From assembly GCF_009914755.1 (NCBI RefSeq), contig NC_060937.1: a DNA stretch of 64,000 nt. The stretch is one strand, 5' to 3'. The notes beneath the pieces are model-generated. The model was not told the origin of the DNA. It ran no database searches and worked only from the letters and a program-made list of their open reading frames with translations. This DNA is from the human T2T-CHM13v2.0 reference genome, Homo sapiens. Below, in pieces: positions 1-14,984 of the stretch. Within the stretch, counting starts at the first letter, position 1. The number at the start of each line of letters is the position of its first letter. Both the position numbers and the translations under genes were made by a program.

Positions 1-3000
1 TTACTATGAATTATATATATGATTGGCTAACTGAAAGCAAAACCATAATGGAACATGACTGCAGACACGTATATATTCTCCCGGGGGTCCATGTTTTGTT
101 GGGGCAAACATATCTCACCAGGTGAATGGCCTCAATGGCTGAAGGCAGCATGAACCCTAAACTCTTAGATACTTGGATAATTCATTGGGAACAACAACAG
201 ACAGAGATGAAGCTAGTCTTTAAGAATATTCCCTACAAGCCAGCACAGACAAAAATCTTTCAGGTATAAAATTCTCTTCTTTCTTACTGTAGTGTATCTT
301 TGGCAACATGGGTACACAGACTATGGAAAACTTAAGAATGTAAGTTACATTTTAGTAGCTCTGTTGGTGGAATATATATGTGTCCAAAGAGCTTTCTTAA
401 TTGGATGTGGGCTTACCCTGTTCTACTTTAGTCCAGATTCCTTGTTATTAAGCTTTTTATTGCTGCAGCATATTCTCTAAATATAATTTACTCATGATAA
501 TAATTAACATTACAGAAGAAAACTATAAATATAAGGTGATAATATAACATAAAATATATATTTATATGTCATATATTACATAGTAAATAAAATACATGTT
601 AAATCAAAATAAAATAGTATTATAGGCTAAAATATATATGTACACATAAACATTTAGTGTAAATGTGCATATAAAAGGAGAAAAAAGGAAATACATTAAG
701 ATGATAATACTGTAGGTAGGTAGGGAGATTGTGGTAGTTTACTTTTTCACATATTCCAAAATATTTAATTACTATTTTATAACTTACATAAATTGTAGAA
801 TAACTTCTCTTGTTTAGTAGCAGCATAGAGAGGGGTAAAACTGGCAGAAATGGATATGTTTGATCAATGTTGATCCTTCAAACTACAGTGATCCACTTCT
901 GAGAACAGGGACTCACATTTAATGAGGGAGTAAGCCACGTTCTTACAGAGCGTGAGATTCAGCTTCTCCTGTCATGAGATGGGGTCAGGCTCTGGGCCAG
1001 GAGAGCAATGGCCAGCTTTGGAAGCTATATCTCAGGTCACATTCAAAAGCACACATTTCCAATTCTTTTCCCAACGCTGCTTTTGTCACATTAGAATGAA
1101 ATTTGCCCTCTGTGTTGAAATATTCTATAAAAAACACAATCTTGCCTAAGTTAAAATTTAAAGTTAGCTTGTCTGACAGCTGGGATGTAAAGAGACAGTG
1201 AAAGGATTCTGACTTTTGGCATTGTCAGCAGTTTCCCTTGAGAGTGGAGCCATGTCTTTCTGCAACCTGCAGCTCTCGCTTTCCTGCTGTGACTGAGCCA
1301 GTGGGATCGTCGGCCAGGAGAGGGCGCCTCACTCAGGTGAGACATAAATCCAACTGCACCCTATGAGGGCACTAGGAAGGTGAAACTCAATCCTCACCTA
1401 CACTTGCTCTGCTCTCTGCCGTTTCAGCATTCCACCTTAGGGCGTCAGGCTTAACTTTGCAGGTGTTAAATCTCCGTGTGTCCATGAAACACTTCAAGTA
1501 CTATTTCAGCAGCTTGGAGAAATCCCAAACACAAGTCAGGAAGTTATCTCCGTCAGAGGCTTGCCGCCTCACCCCTGCATGGCTCTCAGAGAAAGCTTCC
1601 TTTCTGTGAGACACATTCCAATCATCGCACTGTGGCTAAAAGCCTAAATATAGGAGAGACATTTGCCCAGATATAGCAAAGCCGATGTTGGTTTGCCTAG
1701 GCAATTTGATAAATGATGATTGTGTGCAAGTGTTGGCTAAATAGACCATAGACTACGTATTAAGATAACTTATGAGGTCTGCTGGAGAGAATGGGAAAGT
1801 GGGTGTGTGTGGATGTTTGGCACTGCCTGGGGCTATGGCTATAAGAACCTGAGTCTAGGATTTGCCATAGAATATTCTGTGAGCAAAAAAGACACCTAAT
1901 TCTCAGTTATAATCCTCATGAGAATTTTTATAATATTTTTTAAGCTGTGCAATCCACAGCTGTGTAACTGAGAAAAATCACTTAACCTGTCTGAACCTAG
2001 GTTTCCTCAAATATATTCAGTCTGCACTCCCAGGACCTCACTTTAAGAGAAACCTGAATCTCTTGAGCACGAGCATTTGGATGGGTGTTATTCCCTTCCT
2101 GCACACCTTCTGTGCTTCAAAGAGAGAACTTATGTAACCTTTTTCCTCATGTATCCCTGCTTTGAAACCTGTAAATTTCTATCTTTCTCTGCCCTTTTCT
2201 GACTTCTTTTATTATTATTTTCAACCTCATCGATTTCTTCAAACTACTTTCCATCCACTAAATATTTCTAATGAGCCCTGTACATTTTTCTGTACCACTG
2301 TGGAAAAAAAGTAAAATAATTTCTGTCTTAACAAAGGATTGCCGCACCCATCTAGCATTAAAAGGAAGAAGAAAAAGCGGGACACATTAAAAACAATAAG
2401 TGTTGATTTCTCTGGCTCTACCTACAGACCTGATACTGTGAGGCCTTTAATCCATCTTCACCGCCGCTTTCTTCCCTTGCTTTGTCTTTTAAAGTTTCAG
2501 GGGACTGTCACAAACAGGGTCTTACTCAGGGCCTCCTGCTGCTGCTCTGTGGCCTTGTTGAGCCCGTGGGGCTGGTTCCTGTGGCTCCTCCTGGCCAGTT
2601 GTCCACTGCAGGTGCCATGGATCCAAGAATAACCTCTGCTGGGCACCTCCCTCCCACACAATGACACCCTGCTTCCAGGACATGCTGAGTCCTATCTCAA
2701 GGCATTCTTGGTCTTCCCTCAATGTTCCAGAGTAATATTATTTTATCTAGAACATTCCTGTGTTGAAGCTCAGTAAATGTCAGCACAAGTAGGCAAAAGT
2801 GTATTGCTTTGGGTGGTAAACTTTCTCCATGTTCTCCCTGGACCCCTTCTTATCCACTTTACCAGCCATGTGAATGCATCCTATAGCTTCTCTGTGCTAT
2901 GTTCCAAATGGCCTGCCCCTGTGACCTTCTTCAGAGGCTGACCATGGGCCAGTCCATCCCTCCCAGAGAGAGCCTGGAATGCCTGGTAGTGTAGTTCTAG

Positions 3001-3432
3001 GGAAGCCTATAGCCAATGACTGTGCAAGATTCTGAAAGCCTGACTCCCTTTCCTCAAAATGGGGCAAATTCTGACATAATTTATGGTCTGGAGCTCCCCA
3101 AAGATCTGGCTAAGGCCAGGGAGTTGGCTAAAATTGTGCCTTTCTCTGTTCTTCATTTCCTTTTCTCTTGCATTCTTCTCCTGGCCCTTAATAAATACCT
3201 TGTTCATGATCTGTGTCTCAGAGTCGGCTTCTGGAGGTCCAGCCTTAGGTATTTGGTTAGGAGTGCAAGGATGATTTTTGGAGGCAGATTCTGAGGGTGG
3301 GATTCTAGAGTTAAGTCACCAGCTAAGTGGCAATAAATACCCCATCACAGGGGGTATGTGGAGCCCAGAAGGGCCCTGACACACTAGAGCATTGCAGTTG
3401 CTAAAACTTTTACCTGGAGCAAATTAAGATGA

Positions 3433-3845
3433 TGTTATGGGTTGAATTATGTAACCTCAAAAGATGTTGAATTTCACCCCCAGTACCTGGGAATGTGATA
3501 TTACTGGGAAATAAGATATTTGCAGATAATCCAACTAGAATGAGATCATTAGGGTGGGCCCTAATTCAATATCACTGTTGACCTCACAAAAAAAGTGAAA
3601 TTTGAACATGGAGACATACATGCTTAGAGGAAAGATGGTGTGAAGACACAGGGCATCCACAAGAACAATTTGAGGCCAACAGGGAGGTCATGGAACAGAT
3701 TCTTCCCTACGGTTCTCAGAACCAACCTTGCCGACACCTTGATTTTGGACTTCTAGTCTCCAGAACTGTGAGACAATAAATTCCTCATGTTCTATGCCAC
3801 CCAATTTATTGTATTTTGTTATAGAAGCCCTAGGAAACTAATATA
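3433..3845 (+). mobile_element. MaLR solo LTR (MLT1B/C-like)
   Basis: Begins tgttatgggttgaatt, contains gacaccttgattttggacttctagtctccagaactgtgagacaataaa, ends ggaaactaatata. Confidence 0.8.
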
Positions 3846-4095
3846 GAAGGGATTCTGACAGAACAGGTATGCTAGATTGTGCGATTTTCTTTGGCTTTTG
3901 ATGGTACAAGGTAAATGGTCATTACAAAGGCTGTGGATGGGTTCCATGATAAATAGACTCCAGTTGGTCAGCATAAGGCAAAGTGAGAAAGTCAGAAAGT
4001 CCCTTGGCAGCTCTTAAACAAACCCCCTTTTTCTATAGCCAAGGGAGACCATGCTGAAGACCAGGCCAGGACCAACTATAAGAACAGTGGACCTT

Positions 4096-4404
<309 letters not shown>

Positions 4405-4825
4405 AACAGTGGACCTTCAGGGATGCCCAGTTTACATCCTCAGCAATCCCATGCAACAGCCAGGACCTTGGTAAGGAAGAAATGGCTTCTTAAGACTTGG
4501 AATCAGAAAATGTGAATAGATGTCATTGATAAATGTGAAACTGCAGCTGTCCCTGAATCCTCTGGGCCTGCAGAATGGGCCCACATCTTCTTTCTAGAGG
4601 GCAGAGCTCTCTTGCTTGAAGATTGGAAGCAAGTGTACAAATGTAAGCAGAGAAGCCTAACAAGAGATTAATTTTATGGCTTATATCTTTATTAGAACTT
4701 AAATCCAATATGTTTGTTAGACCTTACAGTTCTGTCTGAGAGAAAAGAGGGATATGTTAAAGTCCTCACTCCACAAGATTTGTAACCATAGGCATAAAAC
4801 CTTTAAAGGATATACTTTATGGCAG

Positions 4826-4895
4826 TGCATTCCAAATTTACACATAAAACAGATTTCTGCTATTGCATTCCAAATTCAGACATAAAACAGATTTC
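4826..4895. repeat. Tandem duplication, period 38 bp
   Basis: tgcattccaaatttacacataaaacagatttc at 4826 and tgcattccaaattcagacataaaacagatttc at 4864. Confidence 0.8.
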
Positions 4896-5184
4896 CAACT
4901 TCTTTCATCTGTTGGGCTGGTCCCATGTCATATACTCAATGTGCAGTACTCACTTCTTTGAGCCTCAGTAACATGTGAGTAGAAATGGGATCCTTGTAAT
5001 AAATCTACTTGCATCAATATATGTTCCTTGTCTCATAACAGCCATTTCTCCCCAAACTTAATTAAATATTTCTGAAGGGTAACTAAAGAATACTGGATTG
5101 CTGTTGGTTTCAGATGAAATCTGTGCAGAGTCTGTGCCTTGAAGGGCTCTGCCTATATTTTGGTTACAAAAGTTATCTTATTTT

Positions 5185-5312
5185 GGCAGGGTGCGATGGC
5201 TCATACTTATAATCCCAGCACTTTGGGAGGCAGAGGTAGGAGAACTGCTTGAGCCCAAGAGTTTGAGACCAGCCTGGGTAACATAGCAAGATCCCATTTC
5301 TACAAAAAAAAA
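5185..5312 (+). mobile_element. Alu monomer (FLAM_C/AluJ left arm)
   Basis: Single Alu arm with cttgagcccaagagtttgagacc, ending in an A-tail. Confidence 0.85.
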
Positions 5313-5392
5313 TTAATTAAGAAAATTTTATAAATTTGTAAAGCTCTTTGTGCCAGCTCCATGCAGAGATCCTTAAAGACAGTCCCAGTTGC

Positions 5393-5690
<298 letters not shown>

Positions 5691-5793
5691 TCAGTTGCAG
5701 GCCTTCGGAAGCAAAGCACAAAGCAGCTGGAAGAGGCTTACAGAAAGAGCACAAGAATGCGGGGTATCTGTGTGTGCTGTCAACAGTGCTCAC

Positions 5794-6144
5794 TATTACT
5801 GCGAATGAATATCTGTGTCCCCCCAAAATTCATATATTGAAGCCTAACCCCCAAGTTGATGATATTTGGAGGTGGGGCCTTGGGGAGGTGATTAGGTCAT
5901 GAGTGTGGAGCCCTCATAGGTGTGATTCCTGCCCTTATAAGAAAAGATGATCTCTCTCTCCACCATCTAAGGATACAAGAAGACAGCATCTGCAAACCAG
6001 GAAGGGGGTCTTCACCAGTCACAGAGTCTGCTGACACCCTGACCCTGGACTATCCTAGGCTCCAGAACTCCAGAAATCAATCTCTGTTGTTTAAATCACT
6101 CAGTCTGTGGTATCTTGTTATAGCAGCCCAAACTGACTAAGACA
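5794..6144 (+). mobile_element. MaLR solo LTR (MLT1A/MST-like)
   Basis: ccccaaaattcatatattgaagcctaacccc ... gcagcccaaactgactaagaca terminus. Confidence 0.8.
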
Positions 6145-6524
6145 ATTATACATGTCAAAATCCTTTCTAATCTGTGGATCTGGGCTTTGCAATTTTGCAT
6201 GTCTCACAGCCAGTAGAGGATTCTATTATTAATGGTAATCCATGCCAAATTTAATACTATAAGAATTTTTCATAAAATCAATTTGTTTTTAACCTTTTGG
6301 CTATCAAACCAGTTGTGATTTGAAATCCAAGACAATTAAATCTTTGTAAAATGTGGGTCTTTTTGTAAGATGACTTTAACCACAGAGAAAATGTAAAATT
6401 TTAGGAAGCATAAGACATGTAGTTAGCACCGAGATTACTATGTGAGGCCTAATGTCATCTATGTGTAAGGCAATCATCAGTGTTACATTTCATTAGAAAG
6501 ATGGCTTTTAAAAAACAACTAGCA

Positions 6525-6788
<264 letters not shown>

Positions 6789-7175
6789 ACTAGCCAGCTT
6801 CACAATGGAGGCAGTTCCATAATTTGTTGGGATTTTGGGATGGCAGTGAGCTACTTATCTTTTCTTTCATGTTCTAACATATAGAAAACAAACTAAGTCT
6901 TTGTATATTAGCTAACTCAGCAGGACAGTCTGTGGGAGATTATATTGATCTTGAATACACAGTGCACACGTATTGGATATTGATGCATAATTTGGGTCTA
7001 ATTTCGTCTCGTATCTAAATACCTGTAAACATTTAGAATGGTTTAAATGTACAGGCTCAGAATGACTTTAATAGGGCCTTTAAAATTTATATTTATACAT
7101 TTAAATAAGTGCTGATGGCACTGTTGTTTATAATATTAGGTTTCTTGCTGACCTCTCAGAATTTTCCTTAGAGCC

Positions 7176-7712
7176 TGAGACAGGCCGACTGGTTGGTTCC
7201 CTATCTTAAGATTGTCTGAAGGAAAAGGATAAAAGCCCCTCAACTCAAGCTCTAGCTTGTCTAACTCTCAGCCAATCAGCAATAAAAGACCAAGGAAGCT
7301 ATTAATTGCAAATTTCTATTTCAGGGGGCTAGAGGCTTTCCCAGAGTCCCATATGTGGAGTCAGATTTAAACTCCAACCTAAAGTTATCTTTTCCTCATT
7401 TTAACACTAAAGTTCATGCCCAGGGGTGGAGATTTAAAACGCTAATGCTACATGCAATGTATGAAGAAACATGTTGAGCCATTTTGCAGGTGCTAGCAAA
7501 ACTCCCCCTATACATTCCCTGAGGGAACCCTTCCCTATGGAAAGACCCTATACCTAACCGAACCACACAGTATCTTCAGGGAACAGCCCACTCCTTTTTG
7601 CTTTCTCATGGCTGGCTCCCTGAGAGGTAATAAACTCTCTTCATTGCTGCCTCTGGTGAACTCTCTTGATTTCTATCCTGGGAAATCACAAGATCCCAGG
7701 GCACTGGTAAGA
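7176..7712 (+). mobile_element. Probable ERV1-class solo LTR (subfamily not determined)
   Basis: TG start, agccaatcag box, aataaactctct poly(A) signal and a MER4-group-like end (ttctatcctgggaaatcacaagatcccagggcactggtaa). Confidence 0.55.
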
Positions 7713-7749
7713 AGCTTATCACAGATTCTTTGAATTTCTTCAATGGTTC

Positions 7750-8578
7750 TGAAACAGGAGTGTTCCCTTGACCCCTTTGCGGGACTTGTGACATGAGTGA
7801 CTTGTTTACTTGTTTACCATGCTGAATCCCTTATGGAAGGAAGCACATGAGTGGATGGGTGTGGGAACCAGAGCAAATGAATGTGGAACTGGCCTGTGGC
7901 TCCTCTCCGGCGGGAGCAAGCTTTGTGTGGGTTCTGCAGCAGTGTCAAAGTGTGTTACAATGGTCTTTTAGCTCTGCGGTCTGGGAGGGGCTGTCTGCGA
8001 CCCCCAGAGCCCCAGAGGGCATGTGTTACAATCAGTGCTCCTTTAACATTTGCTGTCTGTGGATGGCTAAGTGTTAACCAGCTCAGTGGATGGTCAGGGT
8101 GACAGCCTTTTACACTTTGCTGTCTTGGTAACTGAGTTCTGATCCAGCGTCCAGGAAGAATCAGGTCACATGAACAAATTGAAGGTGGTGAATGTGGAGG
8201 ACTTTATTGAGTGGTAAAAGTGGGCCTCAGTGGGAAAGGGAGCTGGAAAGGGGATGGAGCAGGAAGATAATCTTCCCCTGGAGCCTGGGTGTCTCCAGCT
8301 GAACTCTTCTCTGACCATAGTCCCTGACCTCCAGCTGCTTCTTCTCATCTCAATATCCAGACACTTCTCTCTTCTGTGTGTGTGTCCACTGAGTCTAGGG
8401 CTTGGGATTCTTATGGGCACAGGATAGGGGGTGGTGTGGGGTGGGCCAAAAGGCAACAATCAGGTGGGAAAACAGGGATAGTTCTCACTTTGGGCTGCGG
8501 GTCCAGGCATGTGGGTGGAGCCCTTGCCAAAGATCCTGCCCTCTTCTACCAGTATTTGCCTGCCTTCTGTCCATTTCA
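7750..8578 (-). mobile_element. ERV1 solo LTR of the MER52/LTR1/LTR28 group
   Basis: Reverse complement starts tgaaatggacagaaggcaggcaaatactggtagaagagggc. TG...CA ends with 4-bp TSD gttc (7746-7749 and 8579-8582). Confidence 0.8.
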
Positions 8579-9760
8579 GTTCAAGACAGTTTGTGCAATT
8601 TGGAAACAGCCAGATCTAAACAGTGTAAAATCTGGATAGTCAGGCAGAATAAGGCTGGAAAAAATATATAATTATATAGAATAAAGCTGAAAAAATTCAC
8701 TGAGTAATACTGTGTGTGTGCACCTACATGCACATGTAACAAAGTGATAATTTCTATTTCCTTAGATGTTTCAAAATGTATCTTGAACATATGACAAATA
8801 TTTAATGTTTTCTGGGTGACTACATTGAAGCCCACCACTCACTTGGGACAGAAAAGTCATTTTTTGGTGTGTGATTATACTTGCTATCTTATGGTCACAA
8901 CTTTTAATACTACATAGAAGCATTAATATTTTTTATTTTTCCTTTAGATCCTTCACTGAATTCAACCCAGTCTGCTCAACAGTTCACCAAGAGTCTTGCT
9001 ATCTCTAATTTCAGGATATGCTTTCCATCACCAATACCCAGGTTAATGGACACTCCTCAACCCTTTGTCAGTCCCTGCCCAGCATTGCCTTTGAGACTGA
9101 ATTCTGGACGGCCTTTCCATGTTCTCTTTTCTGTAAAAATGAGACTTTTTATTTCTGGAAGCACTTGCCTAGGAGATAGCAAAGTTAAATGTTGTGTTTC
9201 ATCACAATCAGTCTCAACTAACTAAAACTAATTAAACACTAGGAATTTTGAGTAACCCACCTACCCTCACTAGACCCTTTCTGGATCTAACTGAAGATGT
9301 TCATGATCAAGAAGCAAGAGGCTGTTTCAGCTCTCATGTACAGATCTCAGCCTTGTATAGAAAGGTAGTTCTCAGTGCTTAATTAGCACCAGCAGCATGG
9401 CCCTACACTTCATAGCATTTAAAACCTTCAGTTTTGCCCTTAGGTCCACCTATGCAGTTGTCCCCTAATAAGCTCAGCTCAGCTCCAGGCCACCCCTGGC
9501 TCTGTGGCCCATGGTTTTTGTATTATTCTTTGTCATCTCTAATTAGCCTCTTCCGCCTCACCACTACTTAATTATTTATCCTTTTCAGAACTTCTGGCAT
9601 GTATTGTACTATATTTTACTTTTAAAATATGTTGCCAGTGTTCTCAGTTTGTCATTTATATGACATGTTCCATGACAAAGTACATCCCTAATACAAAGCC
9701 TTAAGCAATCTCATTAAGGACAGATTGCTGATATCTAATTTCTTTTCCCATTCGTAGAGG

Positions 9761-9935
9761 CAGTGGTCTTCAAAGTGTGGCCTCCAGACAGCAATATCAA
9801 TATCATCTGGGAATTTGCTAGAAATGTAAATTCTCAGGTCCCAGCTCAAATTCAATGAATCAGAAACTCTGGGTGTGGGGCCCAGCAGTCCTTCAGGTGT
9901 TTCTAACCACATATTCAAATTTGACAATCGTTTAC
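9761..9935. mobile_element. MER5A (hAT-Charlie MITE)
   Basis: cagtggtcttcaaagtgtgg ... gaatcagaaactctgggtgtggggcccagca. Confidence 0.75.
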
Positions 9936-10672
9936 GCAAGGTCTCACCCCTGGTAGTGTCTTAATAAATGCCTGTTAGGTTGACTTTGATAAGTCTTTCT
10001 CTCAAGCCATCTTAAAAAGCATGGAATCCAAAAATTCCAGAAAGAAATAAGGAAAAATGTTACAAAGAATGAAGTAGGGATTTTAGGTTTACGAGCAATT
10101 AGAGGGAACCGAGTCTTCACAAAGAAACACAATATCCTGATTTCCTATCTCATGCTTGATTTTCCTACATTGTCTCACCTCAGCTGCATGATTCCATGTA
10201 TCTCACTAACCCTTCTATTTGCCTTCTGTAAGGTTACATGTGGATTCTGAGAAAAATCTTTTTCAACTTTCTATCTCTTATTCCCATTTCAGTCTATGTC
10301 TTCACAGAAAATTATCACTGCAAAGCTGAGCGGTTTCTGGAGAATCTTGGCTCATTCACTGAATTCTTTGGGAAGGGCTGGTTCCCTTTGCGCATCTTCA
10401 CTAAACTTGGACCTTTTTGATGACTCTCATTTTCTATCACCACCATAGTCTTTAGATGTCCAGTGGAGCAGGGAAACTGATGGTTTCCTGCACAGGTTGC
10501 TCGGGGCAAAGATGGAAGTTGGAAGTAAGGAAAAGCATGGAGTTGGAATTGGATGCTGAATGCTGAAGCAAAAGAGTACTCAATGTCTCTATGGTTTTGC
10601 TTTGTGCTGGGCCTTCCTAAACCTTGTGAACACCTGATAAATGTTCATTTGATTATGTCAAGCTCTTTGGAG

Positions 10673-10811
10673 CAGTGGCTTTCAACCCTGATTAGGATGT
10701 CAGAATCCTTTGGAAGAATTTTTTAAAAATCTATGGGCATGGAACCCATCCATCAGTATTTTTAAAAATTTCTCAGGTGGTTTCCATGAGTAGCTAAGGT
10801 TGAGAACCGTG
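10673..10811. mobile_element. MER5-family MITE
   Basis: Inverted termini cagtggctttcaacc ... ggttgagaaccgtg. Confidence 0.6.
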
Positions 10812-11405
10812 GTTTTGGATTTCCCACTTGATGATTTTAAACCATAACATCACTTTGCCTATTTTTCTAAATATTCCTCTTTCTACAGTCAGCTTTCAAA
10901 AGTCAGACTACAACTGGATCAAAGAATTACACAAGAAAAGGGAAACTGAGCCATCCTTCAGCAACTCTAGGAACAAATCAAGGTACATATAATGATGGGG
11001 TAGTAAATGCTAATACCAGCTATCTCCTTCCCTTGTATTTATCCCTGTTTTTGTTCCCCTCTGTCCACTCTGGCTTCCTATTCTCCCTTTGTGGCAAAAT
11101 ATCCACTATTCTTGAAGAAAGCGAACCAGCAAACCTGCTAATATTAAAGCTTCAGTGACCCAATAGGTAGCTACACTTTGAGGAACATTTGCATTTCCAA
11201 AGAAATTATCTGAAGACAAAAATGTCTAATTCAATGGGCTAAAATGCAAATTGTTATATTTCAGGCTAGAAAGATATCTATCCCAAGGAACTTCCTTATC
11301 ATGCTCTGGGAGACAGTAGGCTGCCTCATGGAAGGCCGTTGTAGATGTCCAAGTAAACATTGCAAAAAACAGGTATAGAAGCATTGGCTTGGGACTGAGA
11401 AATGA

Positions 11406-11486
11406 TATTCATTTGGTGCAAAAGTAATTGCGATTTTTGCCCTTGAAAATGATGGTTAAAACTGCAATGACTTTTGCATCAACCTG
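11406..11486. mobile_element. MADE1 (Hsmar1-derived palindromic MITE)
   Basis: ttggtgcaaaagtaattgcg ... ctgcaatgacttttgcatcaacc, a hairpin of about 80 bp. Confidence 0.8.
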
Positions 11487-13967
11487 TGGATTAGTAATTG
11501 ATACACAAAGACATGACACATGAGAATACCAAGTGCACTGCTTGGCACATAGTAGACATTCAACAAATGCTTCTCGCTGACAACTTTTGCTTTCCTCCTC
11601 AATCACCCACTTTTTAGAATCCTTGAAAAAATCTTACAAATTTTTCAAATATTCAGGAAACTTAAATAACATCAGATTTAGAGAAGAATTATTGACTGTA
11701 GCCAACTTTTGGACCTATACATTTTTTTTAAACTATGTGATGGGAATCTCTTCATTTTTTAGAGCAACATGGATGCATATCAATTACAAACCTTGCTAAA
11801 TCATCCTTTCTATCTGTGAGGCAATAAAATTCATTATCCTGGTTAGTTTGAGGATATACTTAACCCATAAACACCAACAGCAAGTATAGATTCAGACATT
11901 TGTATCTATAATTTAGACAGTTTAAAATGCAATATTAAGTAATTCAAAAATTGTTCAAAGCTCAGTACCTTTTCACACATTAATACTTTGATTATTAACT
12001 TCCTTTTAAAGAGTAAGTGAGTAGAAAAGGGTAAGTAGAAAAGAGTAGAAGAGGCCTTTCTTTCACAATTTGCCAAGACATGCATCACTTATTTAAAATA
12101 AAAAAAAATGCTGTTTGAAAAACAAGAAGGATGGCAAGAATGAAGCTCCTTCATGCAAGATACCTCTGACTACCCTCTAAAGACAGATACTATGGCATGG
12201 TCATAGAATTACTGCAGGAAAAATTTGTCCACTGAGGCTGCTTCCTCCAGAGGTAAGGTTTAACTTATGGTAACTTGCTATGGATCAACAGCTCAAGATG
12301 AAGTGTGTGGCTGGCAATTTAAGTGTAAAATTAGATTTCCAGTATAATCAGTCATCTGATAGCCCATCTAAATGTATTCTGCATTTGCACATTTAATTAA
12401 TTATGTCTTAATTGAAAACATTTTGCTCATAACGATTGGTTCTAATTTTATTCCAAATTAAATTAGTAGGGGAGAAATTTAGTTTGGGAATTTATTGATT
12501 TTTATATATATTAAAGAAAAAGTAAAAATAATGGATTTTCTCTTTTCTTCTTAAAAGGAAATATCTTTCTGCTCATTTAGAGGTGCAAAGGAAAACATTT
12601 AGAACTTTCCAGATGAATAAATTGCATTTCATCTGAATGAACATCTAACTTTGGAGATGGAGAGAACATTCTTTCGTATTGTTGTAGATATGCCTAGTAT
12701 AATATTGGTATAATTAATTTTTCAGCTACAATGCAGATTCCTGGGTCAGTGCAAAAGACCTTGTTTATTTAGAAGTGATTATCTGAGAAAGTGGCTCATA
12801 AGTCTTAGATTCCTGGAATGCACAGTCTGGTCTGCAAATTAAAATAGCTATTTAAATTCCCTTTATGAAAATTATGCCTGATAGGGCACTTCCATGTGCA
12901 GTGAGGTTTGTATTTGCACATCTAGAGCATCCAGGAAATCAGCGAAGTTGCGTTTTGTGTCTTTAGATATGCTACAGTTGATAAACCCTAAGATTCAGAT
13001 ATTAACTATTGGATAAGCTCTTGCATTTCCCATAACTTTAGCTTTGAAGCCATTCATTACATTAATACTAAGGAAAGAATGTCAGAAAATCCAAAGAGAG
13101 AGAATTCACAGTTATGATTTTTGGACATATAATTGGAAAGAAGTCAGATTTGGCTTTTACAATTAGTGCCATATAATGTCACACAAAGTATTTCCTGCAG
13201 TGTGCTCAAAGAGGTCAATTTGTGATTTATTTGCAAGTCATAGTTCTGAAATTACTGACTTGTGTGTGTAACAATTTAGCTTTAACTTGGGCACTTAATT
13301 TAGCATTAAATATAGCTCCTCTTCAATATTGATCCTTGCCCTGAACAAGATATCATTTCATAAACCCAATTAAACATGGTGCCTACTGTGGTTTAAATAC
13401 CAAGACAGATTAAATGTATTGTCCAGTTTCACAGATCAGCAATGCTTCTCTTCCTGTATCACTAGCTCATGATTAACATAAGGGACCAGTCTGTGCCAGT
13501 GGATGGGCCAGAATTAAAAGAGGATAAATATTGATGTCCTGCCTGAAAGAAAATTGGGCACCCAAGGTGTCAGAGAGTTGTCTGATATACTGTGACATGA
13601 ATGTCCCATATGTATAAATTGCAGCCTTTTTAAAATAAGGTAGAATTGTTTGTGGAAGATTAAAAACTCTCTTTCTAAATTGTTGAATTAAAATATTTAG
13701 TTAATAAATAAATCACTGCTATTTTCATCAATATTGGAGTTGTTTCTTCAAGTTTGTGTGTTTTCTCAATTAGAAAAAAAGTCTAATTTGTTTAAATAGT
13801 GAGAAGTCAACATTGAACTGTTGTCTACTCAATAGCCACAATTCCTTATTTCTTGTTTACAATGACCATAGATTGTTTATGTTTGTATTGTTGCAACAAG
13901 TTCACAGACAATGGATTCCTCTCCCAATCTGGGAGGATGAGCCATGGTTAGTCTAGGCCATGAATAT

Positions 13968-14744
13968 TGTGGTAGATTGTATTGTGTGTTCATAATTCTT
14001 TGTTCTCTGGCCAGGTGCAGTGTCTCACGCCTGTAATCCTAGCACTTCGGGAAACTGAGGCGGGCAGATTGCCAGAGCTCAGGAGTTCGAGACTGGCCTG
14101 GGCAACATGGCAAAACCCCTCTCTACTAAAAATACAAAAAATTAGCTGGGTATGCTGGTGCGCACCTGTAATCCCAGCTACTTGGGAGCCTGAGGTGTGA
14201 GAATCACTTGAACCCAGAAGGCGAAGAATGCAGTGAGCCAAGATTGTGCCACTGCACTCCAGCCTGGATGACAGAGCGAGACTCTGTCTCAGAAAAAAAT
14301 AATTAAAAAAGATGATTCTTGTTCCCTCCCCATCCTTACCTTTTTTTAATGAGGAAAGAGAATATTTCCCTGTATCACTGACTTTGGGCTTGGCTATGTG
14401 ACTGCTCTACCCAACAGAATTTGGGTAGGTTAATAGTAATAGAAGTAACTAAGCAGAACTTTAAAGAAGCTTCTCCTCTTCAACTCTTGCTTATAAAGCA
14501 TTATAAAAATCAATATATATAAAGCATTATAAAAATCAAATGCCCTAAGTAGTCTGTGTCCTTCAACATGGGTCCAGGAATGAGAGACACCTGGAGCACA
14601 CCTGACTCTCATCTGTAGTCTAAGGTAGAACTGCTGCAACCAATTCACAAAATTCATGAGCAAGGAGTAAATGCTTGCTGTTATCGGTCAGTAACTTCTT
14701 GTCATGTTTCTTAAGCATTATTGGAGCAAAAGCAAACTAATACA
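13968..14744 (+). mobile_element. Old MaLR LTR (MLT1I/J-like) split by an Alu
   Basis: tgtggtagattgtatt start, gactttgggcttggctatgtgact core, aaactaataca end. Confidence 0.6.
14009..14310 (+). mobile_element. AluS
   Basis: Full dimer with degenerate A-tail; diverged TSD (attctt...gttc). Confidence 0.9.
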
Positions 14745-14984
14745 AATGTTAATGTAATTCCTTTGCTTGTGATTGATTTAGAGATGAATATTTGTCTTGT
14801 TTCCAGCTAATACAATGTATTTAGGAAGAATGCCAAAGGAGGGAGCTTATTAGTAGGATTTTGACCTCTAATGAAAATGATGGCCAAATATATGAAATTT
14901 TTTCTTTCTTTGGTTTTTATTGTTCAAAGACATAATTATTTAAGTTGTGTTAGTTGTGTGTGATCTTTTAACTGTGAGGAATTA

